Below, piece by piece: positions 1 to 7,828 of a stretch of DNA of 59,057 nt. The DNA is from an uncultured Candidatus Micrarchaeota archaeon (lineage in GTDB: Archaea; Micrarchaeota; Micrarchaeia; Anstonellales; Anstonellaceae). The notes under the pieces are model-generated. The model worked only from the letters and a program-made list of their open reading frames with translations, did no database searches and was not told the origin of the DNA. The translations under genes and the position numbers were made by a program. The stretch is taken from positions 1 through 59,057 of the forward strand of contig CAITKI010000066.1 in NCBI GenBank assembly GCA_903892905.1, written 5' to 3'. Every line of letters starts with the position of its first letter. Within the stretch, counting starts at the first letter, position 1.

Positions 1-30
1 AGGAACATAAACCTCGCTTTTTTCGAGGGG

Positions 31-627
31 GTGCTGGCAGGGGACTATGACTGCGACAGGGCGTGCTTCGTTGCCGCGCAGGTAGCGAGCATGAAGGGCT
101 ACCGTGTCTCATTTGTCTTCACCCGCGACCATGTGATGCTCATGCTGGACGGCAAGCACTATGCAAATGTGGCAGGCATGTCCGACCCGGCAAGCAAGGA
201 TGCGTTGGAGGCAAATTACGGGCCGGTGTGCTTCGAAACCGATGATTTGAAGACTGCGTCGTTTGTAGTGTACAACAACCTTGCGCTGAAGAAGCACGCG
301 CTTGGGGAAACCGCCGTTGCCATTTCCCTGGCTGACACTGCGATTGCGCTCGCGCCAAAGGTTGCAAGGCTGTACTACAACCGTGCGTTTTTCAAGACCG
401 CGCATGGCGACTTGAAGGGTGCGGAAAACGACCTTAAAACCGGGCTCGCGCTCGACCCCAAGGACGATTGGCTGTATTACCAACTCTACAAGGTCAGCAT
501 GGCGAAAAAGGATTATCGCGCCGCTTTTGGCTATTTGAAGGCGGCGAGGGAATTGGCTCCGAATGACCAGGAATACAGGGACAAGAATGTCGAACTTTGG
601 AAAAGCCACCCGGAAATCCGGTATTAG
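31..627 (+). CDS. TPR-repeat protein, possibly 5'-truncated at window edge
   Basis: Frame is open from nt 1; the GTG at 31 is only the first in-window start. C-terminal half shows TPR-like periodicity (ARLYYNRAFFKTAHGDLKGAENDLKTGLALDP; YYQLYKVSMAKKDYRAAFGYLKAARELAP). Confidence 0.55.
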   Translation: MLAGDYDCDRACFVAAQVASMKGYRVSFVFTRDHVMLMLDGKHYANVAGMSDPASKDALEANYGPVCFETDDLKTASFVVYNNLALKKHALGETAVAISLADTAIALAPKVARLYYNRAFFKTAHGDLKGAENDLKTGLALDPKDDWLYYQLYKVSMAKKDYRAAFGYLKAARELAPNDQEYRDKNVELWKSHPEIRY

Positions 628-1829
628 GGCTGCACCCATTCTATTTCGTAGTACTCGCGCGTGCTCCCAGGCACCTCGAGCCTTTTCACCAAGTAGTAGG
701 TGACCGACGTTTCGCGGTCGCAGATTGCAAGAAGAAGCTCAAGCCCTATGCGCTTGCACTGCTCAATTGCATCCGCAAGCTCCTCGCCGCCTATGTGCTC
801 CTCCTCGGAAAGGGAAAACATCAGGTATTTGGGCTTGCCTGTCTTTGGATTCTCGATGCCACCGTGCTGGCGGTGGTAGAGGAGGAAGTCAAGCGAGGTG
901 TGCAAGTCCGCCTTTTCTGCCTTTGCCTTTTTCGCAGAAGCCTTTGCCTTCTTTTTTGCCTCGCCAGGTATTGCGAGCAGGAAAGTTTTCTTCACTGAGT
1001 GCGCCACGCGGATAGCGCGCGCCCATTCCGATATGAGCAGCTTGCTGGAGCGGGGGAAGCAGTGCACCACGTGCTTGCTGTGTATCCATTCTTTCCCCTC
1101 GCGCGAAGGCGAGGCGCCCGGGAAGTAGAGCCTGAAGTGCGTGCCGAACTTGAAGCCTGTTTTCAGGACAAAGCCGTGCAGGCGCCAGTCCTCGTAGACC
1201 TCGTACATCTGCAGGAAGTCCTTGTGCTGGCGCTTTGCGGCGCGGATGACGCCCGCTTCATCTGCATTTTCAAGGCGCATGCCAGAATGGCGCATGAGGA
1301 AAAGCGTCTCGTAAGCATCGAGCTTGGACAGCCGCCCGCGCTGCTCGGCCTTGTAGGAGCCAAACTGGCCAAACCAGTGCTCCTCGTACAGGCGCTTGCC
1401 CACTTCCTCGTCGTCGATTATTGACCACAAGTCGTCGGGGTAGAAGCGGCCAATGGCGGAATATTTGTCAAGCGAGAGGTTCCCTGAAGGGTATTTTATG
1501 CTGTTGTTCCTGCCGTAGCGCTCGCATATTTCGCTCACCTGGCGCGCAATTAGCCCGCGGTCGCGCCAGTCCTTGTAGGTGAAGTAGCGCGCCATTTGCT
1601 TTTTTCTCTCAAATGCGGCGGCAACGTGGTTGAATCGGTACTCGTTGAGGGAAGAATCGAATGCGCGCGCGTTCCGTATGTCCATCAGGTAAAGCGCTTC
1701 CTCGGGAAAGAGGTGGATGATGCCTTTTTTCATGTAGCCATAGTGCCCGTTCACCAGCGATGAGACTGACTCTGGCTCGGAAACGCACGCAGTTTTCTTT
1801 TTCGGCGAAAAATCGAGTTTTATTGCCAT
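624..1829 (-). CDS. endA: tRNA-splicing endonuclease, long multi-unit form (401 aa)
   Basis: Catalytic-domain signature GFKFGTHFRLY...HSKHVVH...VAHSVKK. Extra N-terminal unit (EEALYLMD...YKDWRDRGL). Extra C-terminal unit resembles the 165-aa paralog at 12835-13332 (LELLLAICDRETSVTYYLV vs LELIIACGDEKEPHFYKL). ATG confirmed at 1829. Confidence 0.85.
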   Translation of the reverse strand: MAIKLDFSPKKKTACVSEPESVSSLVNGHYGYMKKGIIHLFPEEALYLMDIRNARAFDSSLNEYRFNHVAAAFERKKQMARYFTYKDWRDRGLIARQVSEICERYGRNNSIKYPSGNLSLDKYSAIGRFYPDDLWSIIDDEEVGKRLYEEHWFGQFGSYKAEQRGRLSKLDAYETLFLMRHSGMRLENADEAGVIRAAKRQHKDFLQMYEVYEDWRLHGFVLKTGFKFGTHFRLYFPGASPSREGKEWIHSKHVVHCFPRSSKLLISEWARAIRVAHSVKKTFLLAIPGEAKKKAKASAKKAKAEKADLHTSLDFLLYHRQHGGIENPKTGKPKYLMFSLSEEEHIGGEELADAIEQCKRIGLELLLAICDRETSVTYYLVKRLEVPGSTREYYEIEWVQP

Positions 1830-1902
1830 AATATCCCGCTCTTGGGGGGAGTTGGAAAAAATATCCCCGGAAGATTGCTATCCCCTGTATTGCCTCAAAA
1901 GG

Positions 1903-1909
1903 TTTAAAA
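1903..1909 (+). promoter_or_regulatory. TATA box (tttaaaa) for taw1, leaderless spacing
   Basis: tttaaaa lies 24 nt upstream of the ATG at 1933. The same gtttaaaacg context recurs at 14562-14571. Confidence 0.5.
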
Positions 1910-1932
1910 CGTGAGTGAGGGGGAATGGAAGC

Positions 1933-2973
1933 ATGGCAAGGGTGAGAAGGAAGCTTGGGAAGGGGAAGCATTACGATGCGCTTAGGCGCGAGAATGCCAG
2001 CCTGCCGGACGGCATGCTTGCGCGGCTCGTGAACCAGAAATATGCCGTGGTGGGCGAGCACTCTGCTGCCAAGCTTTGCCATTGGGCAGGCGAGTCCCTG
2101 CGCGGCAGGGGCGAATGCTACAAGTCGAAGTTCTACGGCATTTCATCGCACCGCTGCCTGCAGTGCACGCCGGTGCTGCAGTTCTGCAACCACGCGTGCG
2201 TCTTTTGCTGGAGGATGATGCCGGAAAGGGACAAGTACGGAGATGTAAAGGGCTTTGCATGGGGCGAGCCGGAAGAAATTGCCGACGGGCTAGTAAATGC
2301 ACAGAAAACATTGGTGGCTGGCTTTGGCGGCAACCCCGAAGTTAAACGCACGCTTTATCTTGAGGCGCTCTCACCCAAGCATGTTGCGCTTTCCCTGACA
2401 GGGGAGCCCACAATGTACCCGAAGATGGACAGGCTGCTGTCTGATTTCCATGCGAGGGGCATGACCACGTTTGTTGTCACCAACGGCACGCTTCCAGAGG
2501 CAGTTGCCAGGTGGAAGGTGCTGCCCACGCAATTTTATGTTTCCATGGTGGCACCGAATGAGAAAGTTTACAAGCGCTTTATACGCCCTTCAACGCCAGG
2601 GCTTTGGAAAAAATACCTGCGCACGTTGGAGATGATGCCGGAGATTGGGAAGAAAACGAGAACGGTGCTGCGGATGACGATTGCTCGGGGCGTGAACGAT
2701 GGCGACCTGGAAGACTATGCTGCACAGATTCGGCTCGCGCAGCCGCATTATGTGGAAGTGAAAAGCATGGTGTTTGTGGGCGGCGCGCGCTCGCCTGAGA
2801 GGGGCTTGGCGCTTGAAAGCATGCTGAAGATGGAGGAAATAAGCAAGATTGCGGAAGAACTGGCGCAGATGACAGGCTACAAGCTTGTTGATTTCCATGC
2901 TCCTTCGAGGGTTGCGTTGCTTTGCAGGGACGGGAAAACTGAAAAAGAGAGGAAGATAACATCGGTGAGGTGA
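1933..2973 (+). CDS. taw1: 4-demethylwyosine synthase (TYW1/Taw1), radical SAM
   Basis: Radical-SAM CxxxCxxC motif CNHACVFCWR preceded by a second Cys cluster (CHWAGESLRGRGECYKSKFYGISSHRCLQC), as in TYW1. The ORF-track GTG at 1915 is replaced by the ATG at 1933 on promoter spacing. Confidence 0.85.
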   Translation: MARVRRKLGKGKHYDALRRENASLPDGMLARLVNQKYAVVGEHSAAKLCHWAGESLRGRGECYKSKFYGISSHRCLQCTPVLQFCNHACVFCWRMMPERDKYGDVKGFAWGEPEEIADGLVNAQKTLVAGFGGNPEVKRTLYLEALSPKHVALSLTGEPTMYPKMDRLLSDFHARGMTTFVVTNGTLPEAVARWKVLPTQFYVSMVAPNEKVYKRFIRPSTPGLWKKYLRTLEMMPEIGKKTRTVLRMTIARGVNDGDLEDYAAQIRLAQPHYVEVKSMVFVGGARSPERGLALESMLKMEEISKIAEELAQMTGYKLVDFHAPSRVALLCRDGKTEKERKITSVR

Positions 2974-2977
2974 AAGT

Positions 2978-3304
2978 ATGAAAGAACATTTGAAGAATGG
3001 GAATGCGCTTCTGGCACTTTCGGTTTTTGGGCTGCTTGCTCTGGCAGCCGTGCTTTACATGGGAAATGAGTTTGCAAAGCAAAACAAAAATTCGCCAATG
3101 GCAACCGCAGATTATTCAATATTGGCTTTGGCAATTGTTGTTGGCGTGGCTTGGTTGGCCACACTCATACTTGGAGAATATGACGTATTGGCTTCCAAAA
3201 ACAATGCGGCGTGGAAAATAGCATGGGGTCTTGCAATACTGGTGTTGAGCTTTGCAGGGGCGATACTCTACTGTTTGATTGGAAAGGAAGGCAGGAAAAG
3301 TTGA
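2978..3304 (+). CDS. small membrane protein (three predicted TM helices)
   Basis: Hydrophobic segments LLALSVFGLLALAAVLY, ILALAIVVGVAWLATLIL, IAWGLAILVLSFAGAILYCLIG. The C-terminal helix resembles PLD-N-terminal-type small membrane domains. Confidence 0.6.
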   Translation: MKEHLKNGNALLALSVFGLLALAAVLYMGNEFAKQNKNSPMATADYSILALAIVVGVAWLATLILGEYDVLASKNNAAWKIAWGLAILVLSFAGAILYCLIGKEGRKS

Positions 3305-3308
3305 TGGA

Positions 3309-3908
3309 ATGGGAGTAAAAGCAGTCATTTTCGACATTGACGGCGTGCTTGCCGACTCGCGCAATGCGGTTGCGCACAACACCAAGCAGCTTATGCGCGA
3401 GTTCGGCTTTGACGTGCCTGATGCGCGCGTAGATGGCATGTCAAGCGCGCACTCTGCCGAGTCGGTGCTGGTTGCGCTGGCCCCGCCGCTTGAGAAGGAC
3501 GCCGTTATGAGGAAAAAAATGCTGAACCGGCTGCGAGAGCTTACTGTGGAGAATATGGCGCTTGTGATGCCGTCGCTTCTTGCTGCACAGGTGCCTGCAC
3601 TTGCCGCGCGCTACAGGCTTGCTGCTGCAAGCAACAGGAAATCATCAGCGCAACTTGTACTGAAAGTGCTGGGTATTGAGAAGTATTTCGAGGTCGTGAT
3701 GAACAGCGAGGGAATCCCTGTCAAGCCTGACCCCACCATGATCAGGCTTGCACTGGGGAAGATGGGCTTGCGCGCGGAAGAAGCTGTTTTTGTAGGCGAC
3801 AATGTGGAAGACATGCAGGCGGGGCAGGGCGCGGGCGTGCGCTCCATCATGCTGGATGGCACGGATGAGAAGAAAGTCGCTGCTTTTGTGAAGGAATTTT
3901 TGGGCTAG
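3309..3908 (+). CDS. HAD-superfamily hydrolase
   Basis: Motif I AVIFDIDGVLADS and motif IV-like VGDNVEDMQAG. The ATG at 3309 follows the stop of the previous gene (3304). Confidence 0.8.
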   Translation: MGVKAVIFDIDGVLADSRNAVAHNTKQLMREFGFDVPDARVDGMSSAHSAESVLVALAPPLEKDAVMRKKMLNRLRELTVENMALVMPSLLAAQVPALAARYRLAAASNRKSSAQLVLKVLGIEKYFEVVMNSEGIPVKPDPTMIRLALGKMGLRAEEAVFVGDNVEDMQAGQGAGVRSIMLDGTDEKKVAAFVKEFLG

Positions 3909-4345
3909 CTTATTTCCAGCGTGCCGTTTGCATTCTCTATCCGAAATGAGCGTGCGGAAGAATCTGTGCGCAGGGAGATTCCGCATGAGGAGTTTGCGCG
4001 CGCGGAAAAGCTGCCTGCGGAAAATGCGATGGAGCTGCCTGCATCGCCAGGCGCATTCGCTGCCTGCCCCGCACTGTCTTCTGCCAGAGCAAGCGTTGCT
4101 GGCTTGCCTTTCACTTCCACTTCGCGGACATTGCCATTGCCGAGCGCGCAGGCAGACTGCAGCTTGGCGGCAAAGTCTGAGAAGGAGGACTGGGAGAGCG
4201 ATGTGTCAAGGCGCGTCTGCGCGCCTGCTGCAAGGCGCGAGGAGGCGGCATAGACTATGCCGAATGCTGAAAGAAATATTATGAAGACAATGAGGGTCTC
4301 GATTGACGCTTGCGCACGGGAATAAGACGGGCTTGCCATAAACAC
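3905..4345 (-). CDS. class III signal peptide (archaeal type IV pilin-like) protein
   Basis: N-terminus MFMASPSYSRAQASIETLIVFIIFLSAFGIVYA: a short polar leader, then Q-x-S-x-E followed by a hydrophobic helix. Confidence 0.7.
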   Translation of the reverse strand: MFMASPSYSRAQASIETLIVFIIFLSAFGIVYAASSRLAAGAQTRLDTSLSQSSFSDFAAKLQSACALGNGNVREVEVKGKPATLALAEDSAGQAANAPGDAGSSIAFSAGSFSARANSSCGISLRTDSSARSFRIENANGTLEIS

Positions 4346-4390
4346 GCCCTTGTAGTTCAGGCTCTTTTTTCACCTGCGCGGCTCGCTAGG

Positions 4391-4642
4391 CTAGACGCAC
4401 TTTTTCGTGTAGGTGTCGCAGCTATTGGATGCGCAGTCAGAGTCGGTTGCACAGTAGTCGCCGCTCGCACCATTAATTACGCTTGAGTTGGATGCCTGGA
4501 GAACGGCGTCGGTTTTCTGGTCCGCAGCATTGGCTGCCTTACTGGCGCTTTTCATCAGGGTGCTTGCCAGTATGACGGCTAAGCCAAGGATAACCACCAG
4601 AACAACGAGCATTTCCGCGGAAAGCTGCCCCTTCGCGCCCAT
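4391..4642 (-). CDS. small class III signal peptide pilin-like protein (83 aa) with Cys-rich C-terminus
   Basis: MGAKGQLSAEMLVVLVVILGLAVILA; internal ATG confirmed at 4642. The upstream part of the 119-aa ORF overlaps the topA promoter region and is judged spurious. Confidence 0.65.
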   Translation of the reverse strand: MGAKGQLSAEMLVVLVVILGLAVILASTLMKSASKAANAADQKTDAVLQASNSSVINGASGDYCATDSDCASNSCDTYTKKCV

Positions 4643-4721
4643 TTCCCCACCCCAGACAAAATATCGCAGGCGTAGGTTAAAAGGTTTTCCAAAAAAATGA
4701 GGATTGGAAAGGTGCGGGAAG

Positions 4722-6947
4722 ATGAAGCTTGTTATCTGTGAAAAGCCCAAAGTTGCAGAGAAGATAGCCTATGCCATAGGCAGGGGGCGCGCAGAGAGGA
4801 AATCCGCCAATGGCGTGCCGTATTACGAGGTGGAGCGCGATGGCGACCACGTGATTGTGGTGTCCGCGGTGGGGCACCTGTACACCCTGAGGCAGGCCGA
4901 AGGCACGGGGGGGTATCCTGTTTACAATATCGAGTGGGCGCCAAGCTCCGAAGTGGAGAAGGAGGCGGACTACACCAAGAAGTATGTGGATGCCATAAAG
5001 AAGCTGGCACCAGGCGCGGACGAGTACATCTGCGCATGCGACTATGATATTGAAGGAAGCCTTATTGGTTACAATGCATTGCGGTTTGCCTGCGGCACCG
5101 AGGTGGGAAGCCGCATGAAGTTCTCGGCGCTTACATCGGAGGATTTGGAAGCCTCTTATCTTGAGAGGGGGAAGCTTGACGTGGAGAATGCGCTTGCCGG
5201 CGAGGCGCGCCACATACTGGACTGGTATTATGGAATCAACCTGTCCCGCGCGCTCATGGCATCCATCCGGAGCGCAGGGGCGAGCTACAAGCAGACCATG
5301 AGCATAGGCAGGGTGCAGGGCCCAGCGCTTGCCATACTTGCCAAGAAGGAAAAGGAAATTTCCGCGTTTGTTTCAAAGCCGTATTGGGAGCTGTGGTGCA
5401 AGGCAAAGGATGTTAGGTTCGACAGCGTGCGCGGAAGGTTTGATAAGCGCGAGGAAGCCGACGCTGCCATGAAGGCGTCGTCAGCAGATGGGCATGTTGA
5501 GAAAGTGGAGAGGAAGGACTGGCTCCAGGCGCCCCCGCCGCCATTTGACCTGACCAGCCTGCAGGTGGAAGCGCACCGCGCGCTGGGCATTGCGCCTGCA
5601 AGGACATTGGAGATTGCTCAGACGCTTTACGAGGCATCCATGATTTCATACCCCAGGACGTCCTCGCAGAAGCTTCCGGCAAAGCTGAACCTGAAGAAGA
5701 TTGTGGAGTCGCTTTCCAAGAATCCCGCTTATGAGAAAATTGCAAAGGCGCAGCTTGCTGAAGGGCGGTTTGTCCCTGCAGAGGGGAAGAAGGAGGACCC
5801 AGCCCACCCTGCAATACACCCCACAGGGCAGAGGGGGCAGGTTGGCGACAAGGAGCTGCGCCTGTATGACCTGATTGTGAAAAGGTTCCTATCGTGCATG
5901 GGCAGGCCTGCAAAGCGCGAAACGCTCAAGGTGTCGCTTCTCTCGGGCACCGAGCATTATGCGGCGTCGGGCAGCAGGACAGTGGAGGCAGGCTGGTTTG
6001 ACGCATATGCCCCTTACGTGAAAATGGATGAAATCACGCTTCCGGCTTTTTCTGAAGGCGAGAAGGTCGCTGTGACGGGCTTTCGGGTGGATGAGAAGAA
6101 AACGCAGCCGCCAAGAAGGTACACGGCAGCGTCCATAATTTCCGAGCTTGAGAAGATGAACCTTGGCACCAAGGCGACAAGGGCGGCTGTGATTGAGACG
6201 CTTTTCAAGCGCGGCTACCTTGAGGGCGAAAGCATCAGGGCAACTCCGTTTGGCCTGGCGGTCTATGACCTGCTGGCAAAGGTGGCTCCTGAAATCATGG
6301 ATGAGGAGCTCACCAAGTCCATTGAGGAAGAGATGGAAAAGATTGCGGATGGCGAGAACGAGAAGAAAGCCATCGAGGACGGCAAGAAAGTGCTTGACAC
6401 CATACTCAAGAAGTTCCAGGGCAATGAGAAGGATATTGGCTTTGGTCTGCTCTCAGGCCTGAGGCAGAAGGATTTCGCTGACAGCATGCTGGGCAAGTGC
6501 GTGAAGTGCGGCGGCGACCTCCGCGTGATACGCTCAAGGATAGGCAAGCAGTTCGTGGGCTGCTCGGGCTACCCTGATTGCAAGGCGACTTACCCGCTTC
6601 CGGGCGAGGCGAAGATAATGCCGCTGGGAAAAGCGTGCGAAAAGTGCGGCACGCCCATGATACGCGTGATACGCAAGGCAAGAAAGCCATTTGAGATGTG
6701 CATTGACCCTACGTGCGAGACAAAGAAGAACTGGGGGCAGCCAAGCTACCAGCGGAGCGCGCCTGTTGCTGCAAAAGCGCCAACAACAATGGGCGCGGCA
6801 CCCATTGCAAAGGCAGATGCGCCAGCAGCAAGTGCGTCCTCAGCCGCAATGACAGTATCCGCTGTTGCACCCACAACCGTTGCAAAAAAGCCTGCGGCAA
6901 AGAAAAAAATCCCTCCAAAGAAGAAAAAAACTGGTGAGAAGAAATGA
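4722..6947 (+). CDS. topA: DNA topoisomerase, type IA
   Basis: Toprim start MKLVICEKPKVAEK; catalytic-Tyr region ISYPRTSSQKL; two C4 zinc ribbons (CVKCGGDL...CSGYPDC; CEKCGTPM...CIDPTC); Ala/Lys-rich tail. Confidence 0.9.
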   Translation: MKLVICEKPKVAEKIAYAIGRGRAERKSANGVPYYEVERDGDHVIVVSAVGHLYTLRQAEGTGGYPVYNIEWAPSSEVEKEADYTKKYVDAIKKLAPGADEYICACDYDIEGSLIGYNALRFACGTEVGSRMKFSALTSEDLEASYLERGKLDVENALAGEARHILDWYYGINLSRALMASIRSAGASYKQTMSIGRVQGPALAILAKKEKEISAFVSKPYWELWCKAKDVRFDSVRGRFDKREEADAAMKASSADGHVEKVERKDWLQAPPPPFDLTSLQVEAHRALGIAPARTLEIAQTLYEASMISYPRTSSQKLPAKLNLKKIVESLSKNPAYEKIAKAQLAEGRFVPAEGKKEDPAHPAIHPTGQRGQVGDKELRLYDLIVKRFLSCMGRPAKRETLKVSLLSGTEHYAASGSRTVEAGWFDAYAPYVKMDEITLPAFSEGEKVAVTGFRVDEKKTQPPRRYTAASIISELEKMNLGTKATRAAVIETLFKRGYLEGESIRATPFGLAVYDLLAKVAPEIMDEELTKSIEEEMEKIADGENEKKAIEDGKKVLDTILKKFQGNEKDIGFGLLSGLRQKDFADSMLGKCVKCGGDLRVIRSRIGKQFVGCSGYPDCKATYPLPGEAKIMPLGKACEKCGTPMIRVIRKARKPFEMCIDPTCETKKNWGQPSYQRSAPVAAKAPTTMGAAPIAKADAPAASASSAAMTVSAVAPTTVAKKPAAKKKIPPKKKKTGEKK

Positions 6948-7828
6948 CGAAAGGAGAACTTGTGGTTTTCATCCCTGCCTGCAATGAGGAAAGGACAATC
7001 GGCTCAGTTGTGCTGCTTGCAAAGAAATATGGCTCGGTTTTTGTAATTGATGATGGGTCGGCAGACAGGACCGCGCAGGTTGCGCGCGATGCCGGGGCAA
7101 AGGTTATTGCACGCGCGGAAAATGGCGGGTATGGCGCTGCGCTGAAAAGCGCGCTTGCTGCTGCGCGCAAGATGGATGCTTCTGCATTTGTCTTCATGGA
7201 CGCTGACGGGCAGCATGACGCAGACGAGATACCAGTGGTGGCTGCGCCTGTGCTGGGAGGGAAGGCTGATGTGTGCCAGGGCTCGCGATTTTTGGGGAAA
7301 TTCGTCTCGGCGCCTGCCGGAAGGCGGGAGGGAGTGGCATTCATCAACAAGCTGACATCCGCGCACAGCGGGAAAAAGGAAATTGACAGCCAATGCGGCT
7401 TCCGCGCGATTTCAAGGAAAGCGGCGGGCAGCATTGTTTTGGAAAGCGACGGCTATCCTGCGTCTGCGGAATTCGTTTCGTCTGCGCAGCACGCTGGCTT
7501 GCGAGTGGTGGAAGTTCCTGTGCACGTGAAGTATTTTTCAGAGAGGAACAGCCCGTTTGCGCAGGGCGCGGGCCTGGTCGATTATGTCGCGGGGGAAGTG
7601 ATACGGAAAAATCCGCTTGCGCTTTTTGCAGGGGTGGGCGCGGTCCTGCTTGCGCTTTCGGCGCTGCTCGGCGTGTTTGTGGTGGACACGTTCTACTCGA
7701 GGCATGAGCTTGCCACGGGCTCCGCGTTCCTCACAGTGTTTTTCGGGATTGCAGGCATGGTAATGGTGCTTATTGGCCTGAACCTTTACACCCTTAAGAA
7801 AGTGCTTGAGGCGAGGGAGAAAGCGTGA
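6944..7828 (+). CDS. family 2 glycosyltransferase (dolichyl-phosphate sugar synthase-like)
   Basis: FIPACNEERTIGSVV, DDGSADRT, DADGQHD; two C-terminal TM helices. ATGA overlap with the topA stop. Confidence 0.85.
   Translation: MTKGELVVFIPACNEERTIGSVVLLAKKYGSVFVIDDGSADRTAQVARDAGAKVIARAENGGYGAALKSALAAARKMDASAFVFMDADGQHDADEIPVVAAPVLGGKADVCQGSRFLGKFVSAPAGRREGVAFINKLTSAHSGKKEIDSQCGFRAISRKAAGSIVLESDGYPASAEFVSSAQHAGLRVVEVPVHVKYFSERNSPFAQGAGLVDYVAGEVIRKNPLALFAGVGAVLLALSALLGVFVVDTFYSRHELATGSAFLTVFFGIAGMVMVLIGLNLYTLKKVLEAREKA

Noticed and set aside
1933-2973. The radical-SAM gene as a possible HydE/HydG hydrogenase maturase.
   Set aside because: The double Cys-cluster layout and overall pattern match TYW1/Taw1 (wyosine biosynthesis). 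The gene is also 44 kb from the hyd operon.
4612-4623. A 12-nt palindrome (tttccgcggaaa) at the cleavage-site codons of the small pilin, considered as a further member of the hairpin arrays.
   Set aside because: It is a single short palindrome with mismatched flanks. It is explainable by codon choice in GC-rich DNA and is not comparable to the 7-11 bp serial stems at 31149-31355 and 34436-34641.
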